A DNA stretch of 64,000 bases, taken from contig NIVC01000218.1 of assembly GCA_002269645.1 (NCBI GenBank), forward strand, positions 444,911-508,910, in the 5' to 3' direction. The notes below the pieces were generated by a model. It did no database searches and was not told where the DNA came from. It saw nothing but the letters and a program-made list of their open reading frames with translations. Numbering within the stretch: position 1 is the first letter of the stretch; each line of letters begins with the position of its first letter. The position numbers were made by a program, and so were the translations under genes. This document shows positions 1-12,009 of this stretch, piece after piece. The stretch comes from Macrostomum lignano. Lineage: Eukaryota.

Positions 1-799
1 CAAATGTGGCAGCGGCGATGGTCAAAAAGGTATCAATGACTAAGTCTAGTGCTGAGCTAGCTGAGAATACAATATATAGTTGCGAGGAACAAAAAAATTG
101 TCTAAGCTTGCTATTAGAATTATTTTAATAATTTTTATTGTAATTTCTTTTTTTAATTCATATCTTACTTAGGCTTATTTTATCAATTAGCAAGGTCAAC
201 TAAATATATAATATGCAAGATATGCAAAGTGCCTTGTAATTGATAAATGCAATTAATTGAAGTTTAATATCAACTAGGATATCCAAACCTAAAAATTTTC
301 ACCTAGTAATCAAAAGTTATAGTCTAGTTTAGAGATTAACAATAAACTTTTTAGTTCATCATATTTCTCATAGCAATGGAAGAGGATGTTTTTGTAATAG
401 ATCTTGATAGACAAATAAGTAGCTTGTACTAAGGTCTATAGTGAGATTTTGAAAGTTCAAAATTTATTCTTTTTTAGATATACATCTGATAGGGGACAAC
501 AACAGCATTACAAAATGGTTTTACTTATTAATTTTGGTTGAGTAATTAAAAATTTATAGCATTTATGTCCAAAAAATTGATTTTTAGATAGTGAAGCTAG
601 ATAGACAACTCATTTTTAGTATATAGGACTAGCAATCTTCGCCCCCTGATGGGGTACATCTGGAAAGAATCCTTGTTCTTTACAAATAACAAATAGACAG
701 CGAAATAAAGCCTTCATAAAAAACAATAGACATTCCCTCTAAAAACAAAACATCCCAAGACAGCAAGCATCCCCAGACAGCATTCAAGCATCAATCCCC

Positions 800-1570
800 A
801 AATAGCAAGCATCCCCCAGACTGTAAATATCCCCCAAATAGCAAGCATCTCCCAGACTGCAAGTATCCCCCAAATAGTAAGCATCCCCCTGATAGCAAGC
901 AATGCCAGATAGCAAGCATCCTCTAGACCACAAGCAATCCCAGATAGCAAGCATCCCCTAGATAGCAAGCATCCCCCAAATAGCAAGCATCCTCCCAATA
1001 GCAAACAACCCTAGATAGCAAGCATCCCCCAGACCTCAAGCAACCCCAGATAGTAAGCATCTCCCAGATAGCAAGCAACCCTAGATAGCAAGCATCCCCC
1101 TGATAGCAGGCATCCCCCAGACTGCAAGCAACCCCAGAAAGCAAGCATCCCCCAGATAGCAAGCAACCCCAGATAGCAAGCATCCCCCCGATAGCAAGCA
1201 TCCCCCAGACTGCAAACAACCCCAGAAAGCAAGCATCGCCCAGATAGCAAGCATCCCCCAGATAGCAAGCATCTCCCAGATAGCAAGCATCCCCTAGACT
1301 ACAAGCAACCCCAGATAGCAAGATAGCAAGCATAACCTGGATACAAAAAGACCTTATAAATATCTAGCAACCCCCTCTAGGATATTAAGTACCCTCCACC
1401 CTCCAAGAGCAAGTATCTCCCAATAGCAAGTTACCCCAGTAGCAAGCATCCTTCCGATAGCAAGCATCCCCCCAATAGCAAGCATCCCTTAGATCGCAAG
1501 TATCCCTTAGATAGCAAGCATCCCTCAAATAGCAAGCATCCCTCAGATAACAAGCATCTCTCAGATAGCA
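800..1570. repeat. Degenerate ~18-19 bp minisatellite (GATAGCAAGCATCCCCCA-like)
   Basis: Unit GATAGCAAGCATCCCC repeated dozens of times with variants; explains the LGDACY-type ORFs 714-1600. Confidence 0.9.
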
Positions 1571-1689
1571 AGTATCCATCCTTAAATAGCAACCATCCAC
1601 CAGAGAACAAGTAGCTAATGCAACAATTTCTTTAGCTTTATAGTGGTTCTATTTTGTTTGGCATGACGCTTCTTTTATGTTTGAAATGG

Positions 1690-4545
1690 TGGCTCTTTAA
1701 TGTTTGACATGGTGGCTCTTCAATGTTTGACATGGTGGCTCTTCAATGTTTGACAAGGTGGCTCTTCTATGTTTGACATGGTAGCTCTTTAAGCTTGACA
1801 TGGTGGCTCTTCTATGTTTGACATGGTTGCACTTTATTGTTTGACATGGTGACTTTTCTATTTTTGACATGGTGACTCCTCTATGTTTGACATGGTGTCT
1901 CTTCTATGTTTGACATGGAGTCACGTATATGTTTGACATGGTGGCTCTTTAATGATTGACATGGTGGCTCTTTAATGATTGACATGGTGGCTCTTTAATG
2001 ATTGACATGGTGGCTCTTTAATGTTTGACATGGTGGCTCTTTAATGTTTGACATGGTGGCTCTTTAATGATTGACATGGTGGCTCTTTATTGTTTGACAT
2101 GGTGGCTCTTTAATGATCAACATGGTGGCTCTTTAATGTTTGACATGGTGGCTCTTTTATGTTTGACATGGTGGCTCTTCAATGTTCAACATGGTGGCTC
2201 TTTTATGTTTGACATGGTAGCTCTTTAAGGTTGACATGGTGGTTCTTCTATGTTTGATATGGTTGCACTTTAATGTTTGACATGGTGACTTTTCTATTTT
2301 TGACATGGTGGCTCTTTAATGATCAACATGGTGGCTCTTTAATGTTTGACATGGTGGCTCTTTAATGATCGATATGGTGGCTCTTTAATGTTTAACATGG
2401 TGGCTCTTTAATGATCGACATGGTGGCTCTTTAATGTTTGACATGGTGGCTCTTTAATGATCGACATGGTGGCTCTTTATTGTTTGACATGGTGGCTCTT
2501 TAATGATCAACATGGAGTCACATATATGTTTGACATGGAGTCACATATATGTTTGACATGGAGTCACGTATATGTTTGACATGGAGTCATGTATATGTTT
2601 GACATAGAGTCATGTATATGTTTGACATGGTGGCTCTTTAATGATCAACATGGTGGCTCTTTAATGTTTGACATGGTGGCTATTTAATGTTTGACATGGT
2701 GGCTCTTTAATGATCAACATGGAGTCATGTATATGTTTGACATGGTGGCTCTTTTATGTTTGACATGGTGGCTCTTTAATGTTTGACATGGTGGCTCTTT
2801 TATGTTTGACATGGTAGCTCTTTAAGGTTGACATGGTGGCTCTTCTATGTTTGACATGGTTGCACTTTAATGTTTGACATGGTGACTTTTCTATTTTTGA
2901 CATGGTGACTCCTCTATGTTTGACATGGTGTCTCTTCTATATTTGACATAGAGTCACGTATATGTTTAACATGGTAGCTCTTTAATGATTGACATGGTGG
3001 CTCTTTAATGTTTGACATGGTGGCTCTTTAATGTTTGACATGGTGGCTCTTTAATGATTGACATGGTGGCTCTTTATTGTTTGACATGGTGGCTCTTTAA
3101 TGATCAACATGGAGTCACGTATATGTTTGACATGGTGGCTCTTTTATGTTCGACATGGTGGCTCTTCAATGTTCGACATGGTGGCTCTTTTATGTTTGAC
3201 ATAGTAGCTCTTTAAGGTTGACATTGTGGCTCTTCTATGTTTGACATGGTTGCACTTTAATGTTTGACATGGTGACTTTTCTATTTTTGACATGGTGGCT
3301 CTTTAATGATCAACATGGTGGCTCTTTAATGTTTGACATGGTGGCTCTTTAATGATCGACATGGTGGCTCTTTAATGTTTGACATGGTGGCTCTTTAATG
3401 TTTGACATGGTGGCTCTTTAATGTTTGACATGGTGGCTCTTTAATGATCGACATGGTGGCTCTTTAATGTTTGACATGGTGGCTTTTTAATGATCGACAT
3501 GGTGGCTCTTTAATGTTTGACATGGTGGCTCTTTAATGATTGACATGGTGGCTCTTTATTGTTTGACATGGTGGCTCTTTAATGATCAACATGGAGTCAC
3601 ATATATGTATGACATGGTGGCTCTTTTATGTTTGATATAGTGGCTCTTTAATGTTTGACATGGTGGCTCTTTTATGTTTGACATAATGGCTCTTTAATGT
3701 TTGACATGGTGGCTTTTTAATGATTGACATGGTGGCTCTTTATTGTTTGACATGGTGGCTCTTTAATGATCAACATGGAGTCACGTATATGTTTGACATG
3801 GTGGCTCTTTTATGTTTAACATGGTGGCTCTTTAATGTTTGACATGGTGGCTCTTTTATGTTTGACATGGTAGCTCTTTAATGTTGACATGGTGGTTCTT
3901 CTATGTTTGACATGGTTGCACTTTAATGTTTGACATGGTGGCTCTTTAATGATCAACATGGTGGCTCTTTAATGTTTGACATGGTGGCTCTTTAATGATC
4001 GACATGGTGGCTCTTTAATGTTTGACATGGTGGCTCTTTAATGATTGACATGGTGGCTCTTTATTGTTTGACATGGTGGCTCTTTAATGATCAACATGGA
4101 GTCACGTATATGTTTGACATGGTGGCTCTTTTATGTTTAACATGGTGGCTCTTTAATGTTTGACATGGTGGCTCTTTTATGTTTGACATGGTAGCTCTAT
4201 AATGTTGACATGGTGGTTCTTCTATGTTTGACATGGTTGCACTTTAATGTTTGACATGGTGGCTCTTTAATGATCAACATGGTGGCTCTTTAATGTTTGA
4301 CATGGTGGCTCTTTAATGATCGACATGGTGGCTCTTTAATGTTTGACATGGTGGCTCTTTAATGATTGACATGGTGGCTCTTTATTGTTTGACATGGTGG
4401 CTCTTTAATGATCAACATGGAGTCACATATATGTTTGACATGGTGGCTCTTTCATGTTTGATATAGTGGCTCTTTAATGTTCGGCATGGTGGCTCTTTTA
4501 TGTTTGACATAGTGGCTCTTCTATGTCTGACATGGTGGCTTTTTT
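1690..4545. repeat. 23-bp satellite (ATGTTTGACATGGTGGCTCTTTA)n with higher-order blocks
   Basis: About 2.8 kb continuous array; the same ordered run of variant units recurs near 1780, 2215, 2815, 3205, 3870 and 4190. Confidence 0.95.
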
Positions 4546-5185
4546 ATGATTGAGCAAGTTGGTTAGGGTAAAAAGTTATGACATAATCAATTTCTTAGTC
4601 AGCCAATATCAGTCTCAATTCAAGTTAGCAATATTGGTTACACAATTTAAATCAAGTCGTGTGTACATTTCTTTGGCACTTTTTTCAACTTGGTATGATG
4701 CAATCTTTATCAGAATTGAAATTCAGTCAGTCAGTTTTTTTCTCTAGCATTTTTACAATGCATTTCAGGTCAAAAGAGCTGCTTGGCCTTTGCAAAAAAG
4801 CATGTTTTTCAAATATTTAATCCCTTTAAAATTGAGCAATTTCTTAGCCAAGATGCATGTACCGTCGTAAGAAAATTTTGATCGAATGGTGCAAGTTTGA
4901 AGAAAATTGGTTGAGCCATTTTTTCTGAAATCTATCTCACACATATACAATTTTTTGATTTTTAGTATATTTGATTTGTGATTGAATGGTGCAAATTTGA
5001 AGAAAATCGGACAATGCATTCGCCTAAACGACGAGAAGATGGCTATTTTACATGGCACTAATTGACATATATATATATATATAGTTTTCATTTTTAGTAT
5101 ATCTGATTTTGATTTTTAGTATATTGGATTCGATATGATATACAATTTTTTCATTTTTAGTATATTTGATTGGATATGATATTAG

Positions 5186-5929
5186 TAGAGCTCGAACGGG
5201 AGTAGAATTTTCGGGATCGGGCGGGATCGGGATTGAAAATAATTTTGGGATCGGGATTCGGGATTAGTATTCGGGATTCGGGAATCTGGGATCTGGGAAT
5301 ATATTACTTACTAACTAATGAATCAAGGATTCAAGGATAGTTTTATCTGACTATAAACCCATGAGGGGCTTTTCATATTGTCAATTCTTGTTCCAGACCC
5401 TTTTTCCAAAGTATAGCCTAAAAATTATCGGAATACTTGATGGAATAGTTAATGGAAAAGTTAACGGAATACTTAACGGAAAAGTTAATGGAAAAGTTGA
5501 CGGAATAGTTGACGGAATAGTTAATAGAAAATTTAACGGAAAAGTTGACGAAAAAGTTGACGGCCAAAGTTATATTCGTCTTTTTTCTTGTAAAATTCTG
5601 TTTCTGGAATCGCTTTGTGAAAAGCCTCATACTTGTTAGTTTGTTATTTACGAGTACAACTCTTTACAAATCTGTTACTAAGTAAAAATCTGCTGCTTTA
5701 TTTGGTGAATTCAAGGTCAGACTTTCAACATATTTATAGTTGCTGTTACAAAAATTAGCTTAGTATTGATTACTGCTCTTGATTGTTGAAAGCATCATCT
5801 TCATTATCAATCTATTGTGCTCCCGAATCCTGAGTTCTCTAAGCCTTCGGGATCCCGATCCCGAATTCCCGAAAAATCTTCGGGATCCCGAGAATTTGAG
5901 ATCGGGATCGGGATCCCATTCGAGCTCTA
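5186..5929. mobile_element. Non-autonomous hAT-type DNA transposon (MITE), 744 bp
   Basis: TIRs TAGAGCTCGAACGGGA / ATCCCATTCGAGCTCTA; perfect 8-bp TSD GATATTAG at 5178-5185 and 5930-5937; subterminal CGGGAT repeats at both ends. An 8-bp TSD is diagnostic of hAT. Confidence 0.85.
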
Positions 5930-5999
5930 GATATTAGCCAAGTGCTATAGGACCATCTCCAAGAAGCAAAAGACTATTAGCAAGCTGTAAGGCACAATA

Positions 6000-6780
6000 A
6001 ATGGGGATAATGACCTTTGCCTGCCAGACATTTGCCAGCCAACATTTGCTATCTAATATTTGCTAGCAAGACATTTGCCAACTGATGTTTGCCAGCTAGA
6101 CATTTGTAGGCAATAATTAGTTAAAGAATCATGCTCTCTCTAGGCTTACATGTACTTGCATTTAAAAACTGCAAACATAGAACCAATCTAACCCGTTGCT
6201 CCCTATTATACTGCTCCTAAATATACAGATTACTAACAAAAGTGTGGCATAGTGATGTTTGCTAGCCAACATAACATAAGTCACTGAAAAATTTGATATT
6301 AAAATTTAGTAGTATGGCAAAAACTATTTTTAGTCCAACTTTTTTATAGTTATTCATAGGTATAAAAGTTTGGCCACTGAGATAAAAAGTTGCTAGTTTG
6401 GATAGTTTTGGTTACATCAGTTGCTTTGGCACCTATTACTACAATTAGTAGCAACTTTCTCATAAAATCTACCCGAAATATCAAGAAGACAAGGAGCTTT
6501 CTAGTGAGAGTAGTTTGTTAGTAATAGTAACTTGTACATATATATTTAGTAGCAATATAGTATGAAGTAAGGTGCAGTTAGATTGGTGCTATGTCTGCAG
6601 TTTTCAAATGCAAGTAAATATAAGCTTATAGTGTCAATAGAGGCCAGAGGGCATAATTTTAATTATTTACTGCCTACAAATGTTGGCTGGCAAATGTGGC
6701 TAACAAACATTGGCTGGCAAATGTCCTACTGGCAAACTTTGGCTAGCAAATATCTGACAGGCAAATGTTGTAGACCCTAA
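6000..6780. mobile_element. Decayed foldback/MITE with ~190-bp imperfect inverted arms
   Basis: 6010-6195 (CATTTGCCAGC repeats ...AAACATAGAACCAATCTAAC) is the reverse complement of 6572-6775 (GTTAGATTGGTGCTATG... GCTGGCAAATG repeats). No clear TSD. Confidence 0.6.
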
Positions 6781-7810
6781 AAACGAGCTTTGTAGGTGGG
6801 TGCAAAAGCTGAGTCAGCAGCAGCAAGGAAATAAGACTATCAGGTAAGCCATTCTTAAACTATAGTTTAAGGTTTATGACTTGCATAGTAGCCTGAAGCT
6901 CATATATGCCCAACCTTAAAATTTCACCCATCTGGTGCAACTTTGTTTTGTCCAGATTTGTGACTTAGTTCCTCTTAATTGCGCCTTGTTCCTCTTGATT
7001 GCAACTTAATTTTCACTTTCTATGACTTTTCTTGCCTTTTTCTCTTTTTTTCTTTTCTTTCTCTTTCTTTTTTCTTTTCTCTTTTTTTCTTCTTCTTTTC
7101 TTTTCCTTTTCTCTTCCTTTCCTTTTTTTTCTTTTCATTTTTCATTTTTTGTGTTTTTGATTTTGGGACTTACTTTGGCTGGCAGCCCTTTTACCCATCT
7201 AGTTTAGATGGGTCAAACAAGTGTTGGGCATGTATGTTCATTGAAGCTGGCTTCATAGTTGCTGCAAGATGAAGCTGCTTTGTTTTACATTGAAACAATG
7301 GAGAGCTTGGCCTATAATTTACTAACAAGGTCATTAAAATGTCTACAAAGCTTGTTTTAGAATGCCAAATACCAGTGGAATACTTTGGAGGCTCTATTAG
7401 ATGCATTCTTCAAGACCTAGTTGGCCTGGATGAACTTGCCTTGCCTGCAATTGCTATCAACCTTGCTGATTAGCAGTTTGTACTATAGCATTAGCAACTG
7501 CCTAGCCAAATCATGCTTGATAGAGCACTTTGCAAATGCCACAAATTATAGCCAGCTAATTATACTTATGACCAACATAACTAGCAAATTGACCTGGCAC
7601 TTTTAAATACTAGGTAAACCCTCATTAGCACTGTTAGAAATTTCTTTTTAATAGACTAAAGATAAGACAGGCTAGGTTCAGACTCAGCTTGGCTTTAGTA
7701 GGCAATAGCTCCCTTTTTCAAAAAAATTTAGATAACTATTTATAATGGGGAACTTATTTGCAAATGAAAAACAGCTTAGTTATATATACAAAAGGTTATT
7801 ATATAGGCTA

Positions 7811-8426
7811 GGCGCATGACCAAGATGGCCACATACCAAGATGGCCACAGCTCTAAACGTCTAAATAGATAATAACAAGACTAGGTACATATATTTAACT
7901 CCTTTTTTAGTAATAAGGAAAATAGATGTTATAATAGAATTGTATTATAAATATAATCATTCCCTTTGGACTTAGGCCTAGGCCTAGCTTTTATTGTAGC
8001 CTGACCTATAGAGGCCTATCTATTTATCCACTATGCACTATATGAAGGAAGTAACCTAGCACAAAATAAATAGGCCTACCCTATTACATTCATATATTTA
8101 TCCTAATTATTTGCATAGCTAGCATTATCATTAGCAATAGTTTATTAATAAACAGATCATGATAGATTTGATAGATGTAATGATAGAGAATAAATTGGCA
8201 CAAACACTAAAAAAGATTAAAGGTTTTGTATTATAAGTAGGCCTAATTAGTTTCAAATCTATTATTGTATTAGTATTTATGAATATAATTGATTAAACAA
8301 AAATAATTTAATATATTATATTTTATTGCTAATTAATGATAGATAGAAAAAGAGAGTAGATATAGGGGCCTATTAAATATTCAATGTTTTAGCCATCTTG
8401 GTATGTGGCCATCTTGGTCTTACACC
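7811..8426. mobile_element. MITE-like element with ~38-bp terminal inverted repeats
   Basis: GGCGCATGACCAAGATGGCCACATACCAAGATGGC at 7811 and GCCATCTTGGTATGTGGCCATCTTGGTCTTACACC ending 8426; AT-rich interior; no TSD recognised. Confidence 0.6.
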
Positions 8427-11400
8427 ATTAGGCATTATATATACTAGCCTACATAACCATTAGGTCTATTTGCCAAGTTATTAGTGATTTTGTCTGCTAG
8501 GCCTATTTGATTTGTTACATTTTTTCTACTAGGCCTTAGGCCTAGTAATCTTTTAAGAGTTCTTTGCCTTACTGAAACAAAAGGCAATCTTTTACTTTAT
8601 TGCGTTTAATTATTTTTCATTTTTCTTTCTCATTTCAGCCAACTTACTGATAGCTGGAAGGCCCTTTGCGCCCACTACAATTATGCCCAAGGCCAATCTA
8701 AGGCCAGTAGCCGAGCTGTATGACATTGACGTCACACTACGCGAGCTTGTGCTACTGACATCTAACAGCTAGCAAACTATTTGCTAGCTGGCCACCTACA
8801 GGCTACTATGAAATTCTCGGGCGTGTGAACGATGCCCTGAGGCTCTAACCATGCGGCTATAGAGGCGGGATAGAGCCCAATTTGTTGATGGCTATGCCTG
8901 GGTAGGCACTTCAGTGAGAAAATTAAATTTCAGAAATTGTTATAGGCTGCTATTTCACTAGATAGATCTTACTTTCCCATTTCCAAAATGGCCAAACTTT
9001 AGTGATTTGGTTGAGTAATAAGGAAACTACAGCTATTTTAGTAACCCCGATTTGTGCCTTTAGCCAATGGAATTTTTACATTACGGTTTGTGATCATTTT
9101 TGGCCAAAAAGTTGGCTTTTTGTCTTTGAACACTTGTAATTAATTTTCTAGCCAACCAAAATGACTGTGCTTGGTGTCATTTTGTTCAGTTTTTTAGTGT
9201 TAATTGTATGAATTATATATTTTAATATTATTTTATATGCCCAAGTTGCTAAGCTAATTGAAACAGGATGGGTGTATGAAATTTTGACTATTTTAACCAG
9301 ATACGCAATGATTGCAATTTTAAAAATACAATAGCATCTGTTCTGCTTGCTTAATTTATACAAGGCTAGTGTCATTTTGTTCAGGTTTTTACCTACTATA
9401 ATACTATTCTACTTCTTGCCCTAAATTTTTAATGCATGACAGACACCCCAACTGCAATGTAATGTGCTGTACAGGCTTTGCGCATGGGTTTATTAAAAAA
9501 TGGTTTTGCCTATCGTGTTCAGCATAGCAGAATTAGTTAAATGACACAGAGAACTAGTTTGCCGGAAGGCAGAGTCTCACAAAAAACACGAAATACACAT
9601 TTCAATGGGTATTTTACATGTAAACGTATCAAAAAAAGAAACCTCCACAAAATTTTTGCGCCTATAGCTATTGGCAAGCGGTTTTTTTTACTGTGCTTGT
9701 ATTGTCAATAGGTAATGAAAAATATAAAGAGAAACAATGCAGGAAAAGGATTTCATGGAAAATTTTGGATTTGAAATTTTGCATAGAGCCATATGGGCAT
9801 TAAAAGAAAAAAAAAAATTTTTTAACACCAGAAAAATGTTTCTAAATTATCCCTTTACACTATAAAACCTTTGTTTCCATTATAAGAAACACATTGCAGC
9901 TAAGAAAAAGCATTTTCTGAACCACTGTTTTTTATTCATTTTGGCTTCAATTTTATATTCCTCCTAAAAATGGTCAACTTTAAAAATAGACAGTGCAAAA
10001 AGTATAACAAAGCTAGACTTGCAGTTGGTGTCATTTGAAAGAGCTCCTTTTTACCTTTTAAATGCATATTTTACTTTCATCCTGGCTTCTATAGTTTCTT
10101 TAAAATCGCCCTTGAAAAATTGGACTTTTTTCTTACTTTTTTGCCATTGGCACGCACTTCTTATAACTCACTGAAGTCCCTAGCCTGGGCATGTCCGACC
10201 TGCAGGATGCAGAAAAGCACTTAAAGACACTTAGCTTTTATCCTCCTACCATCTTTATGTTCTGAAATTTAAAAAGAACCATTAAAAAATTAAACACAGT
10301 AAAGTAAAAGATTGCCAAACAAAATGTTTTTTATATCTATAGCCATGTCTTAGTTTTTTTTCTATAGACTATCTATATCTAGTAAACTTTCTATAACTTC
10401 CTTCCTTGCTATAATGTGCTATTATAGCATTAGGCATTTAGACCTTTTGCTATTGGCTATTACCTACTATGTCTATAGGCATAGCAACAGAATGCAACCA
10501 TGAATAATGTTTTATAGAATATATCTATAATATTCAATAGGGTCAATGCATATCAGTTTGATTCCTTTTATTGTCCTTTTTTCTCTTCTTTCTTCTTTCT
10601 TCTCTTTCCTTTTCTCTTTTTTCTTTTTTTACAATTCTCATTTCTAGGCCTACCATCTTTTCTTATATATAGGCCTACCATTTTCTTTTTTCCTACATTG
10701 TCCTACCTAGCACTACTGTATAGGCCTATGTAATGTAGATGTACAGAGTAGTGTAGTTATGACATGCAGGTAGGCTTCCTTAAGCCTAACCTAAGGCTAA
10801 GCCCTAGGCCCTACTAGCCCGAAGCCGAAACTAAAGTAGGCACCCTATTTTTAATTAAATAGGCCTAATCGTTTATAATTAATTATATTGAGAGTAAATC
10901 GTACAAACTTTGCATTTTTTATTTTAAAGTTAGTTGCTAGTTAAAAAAGATTGATTTAGCAATGAGTGATATCATACCTCACAAATGCTAATCACTAATT
11001 CTAAGTAGCTATAACTCAAATGTGATGACGATTAGTCTGCTGAATCAAAATAGTCGACCCGCTAGATCCTGACATTTGCAGAATTATAACAAACAATATA
11101 TACAATTAGGTACAGAGAGCATTTTCGTACAGTTTTTTAAGATTAAAAGCAAATATTTGTAATAAATATTACTTTTTTAATTACTACTGCATCTATTGTG
11201 ACAGTAAGCAAAAGCTGGAGTCGATTTGGTTTGGAAATTCTAGGCGATTTTATCCATTATTAACTGCTACTGCGACTATTGCTTGATCTTCCTATTTCAT
11301 TTTTAATTACGTTTTTTGAATTGGTGGGTGCGAAAAACGTTTTTATTGTACTTCATGTAGTCTCAGTTAGAACTACAGTAATGAATCAAGCCTGGATTAA

Positions 11401-12009
11401 GATCCAGTCCATTTTATATGGCCAATTCAACAAAAACAACTTGACACGTGGGGAATTTGATTGGATCCTTCATCATGCATCCACTGAAAATGGTATTCCA
11501 GTTTTAGTGAAATGTTTTATGAATTAATCCATTCGCTTAAAGGATTGTTAATCGTTTTAAAAAATACTGCATTTTTATTATGTTAATGATCATGATGTAT
11601 CATTCAACAAAGTATTTTATTACAAAAGAGCTCTGCTCAATCATTCAGGATTGTGTTTTGCTCATTTTCATGAATTCAATAAATAATTTAAATACTGTTT
11701 TAATTTAAGCGATCAATATATTTTATTTAAGGCCTTAATGATGACACAACGGGCTATAGAGAAAATAGAGAAAGTAAACATTGCTTGCAGCTATCGACAG
11801 GCTGGAAAAATCTAGAAGCAACTTTACTGTCAGGATAACTAAACGATTAGCTGCTTGCAGTCTTATAATATTTTTATAATGTGATTTTTTAGCGTTTAAT
11901 AGCTAACAAATAATATGCCTTAAAGACAATCAATTTTTTTTCCTCATCAAATATATAGAATTATTTTTACACCTTCAGCACCTGAATAAGCACCTCACGT
12001 CACCTGGTG

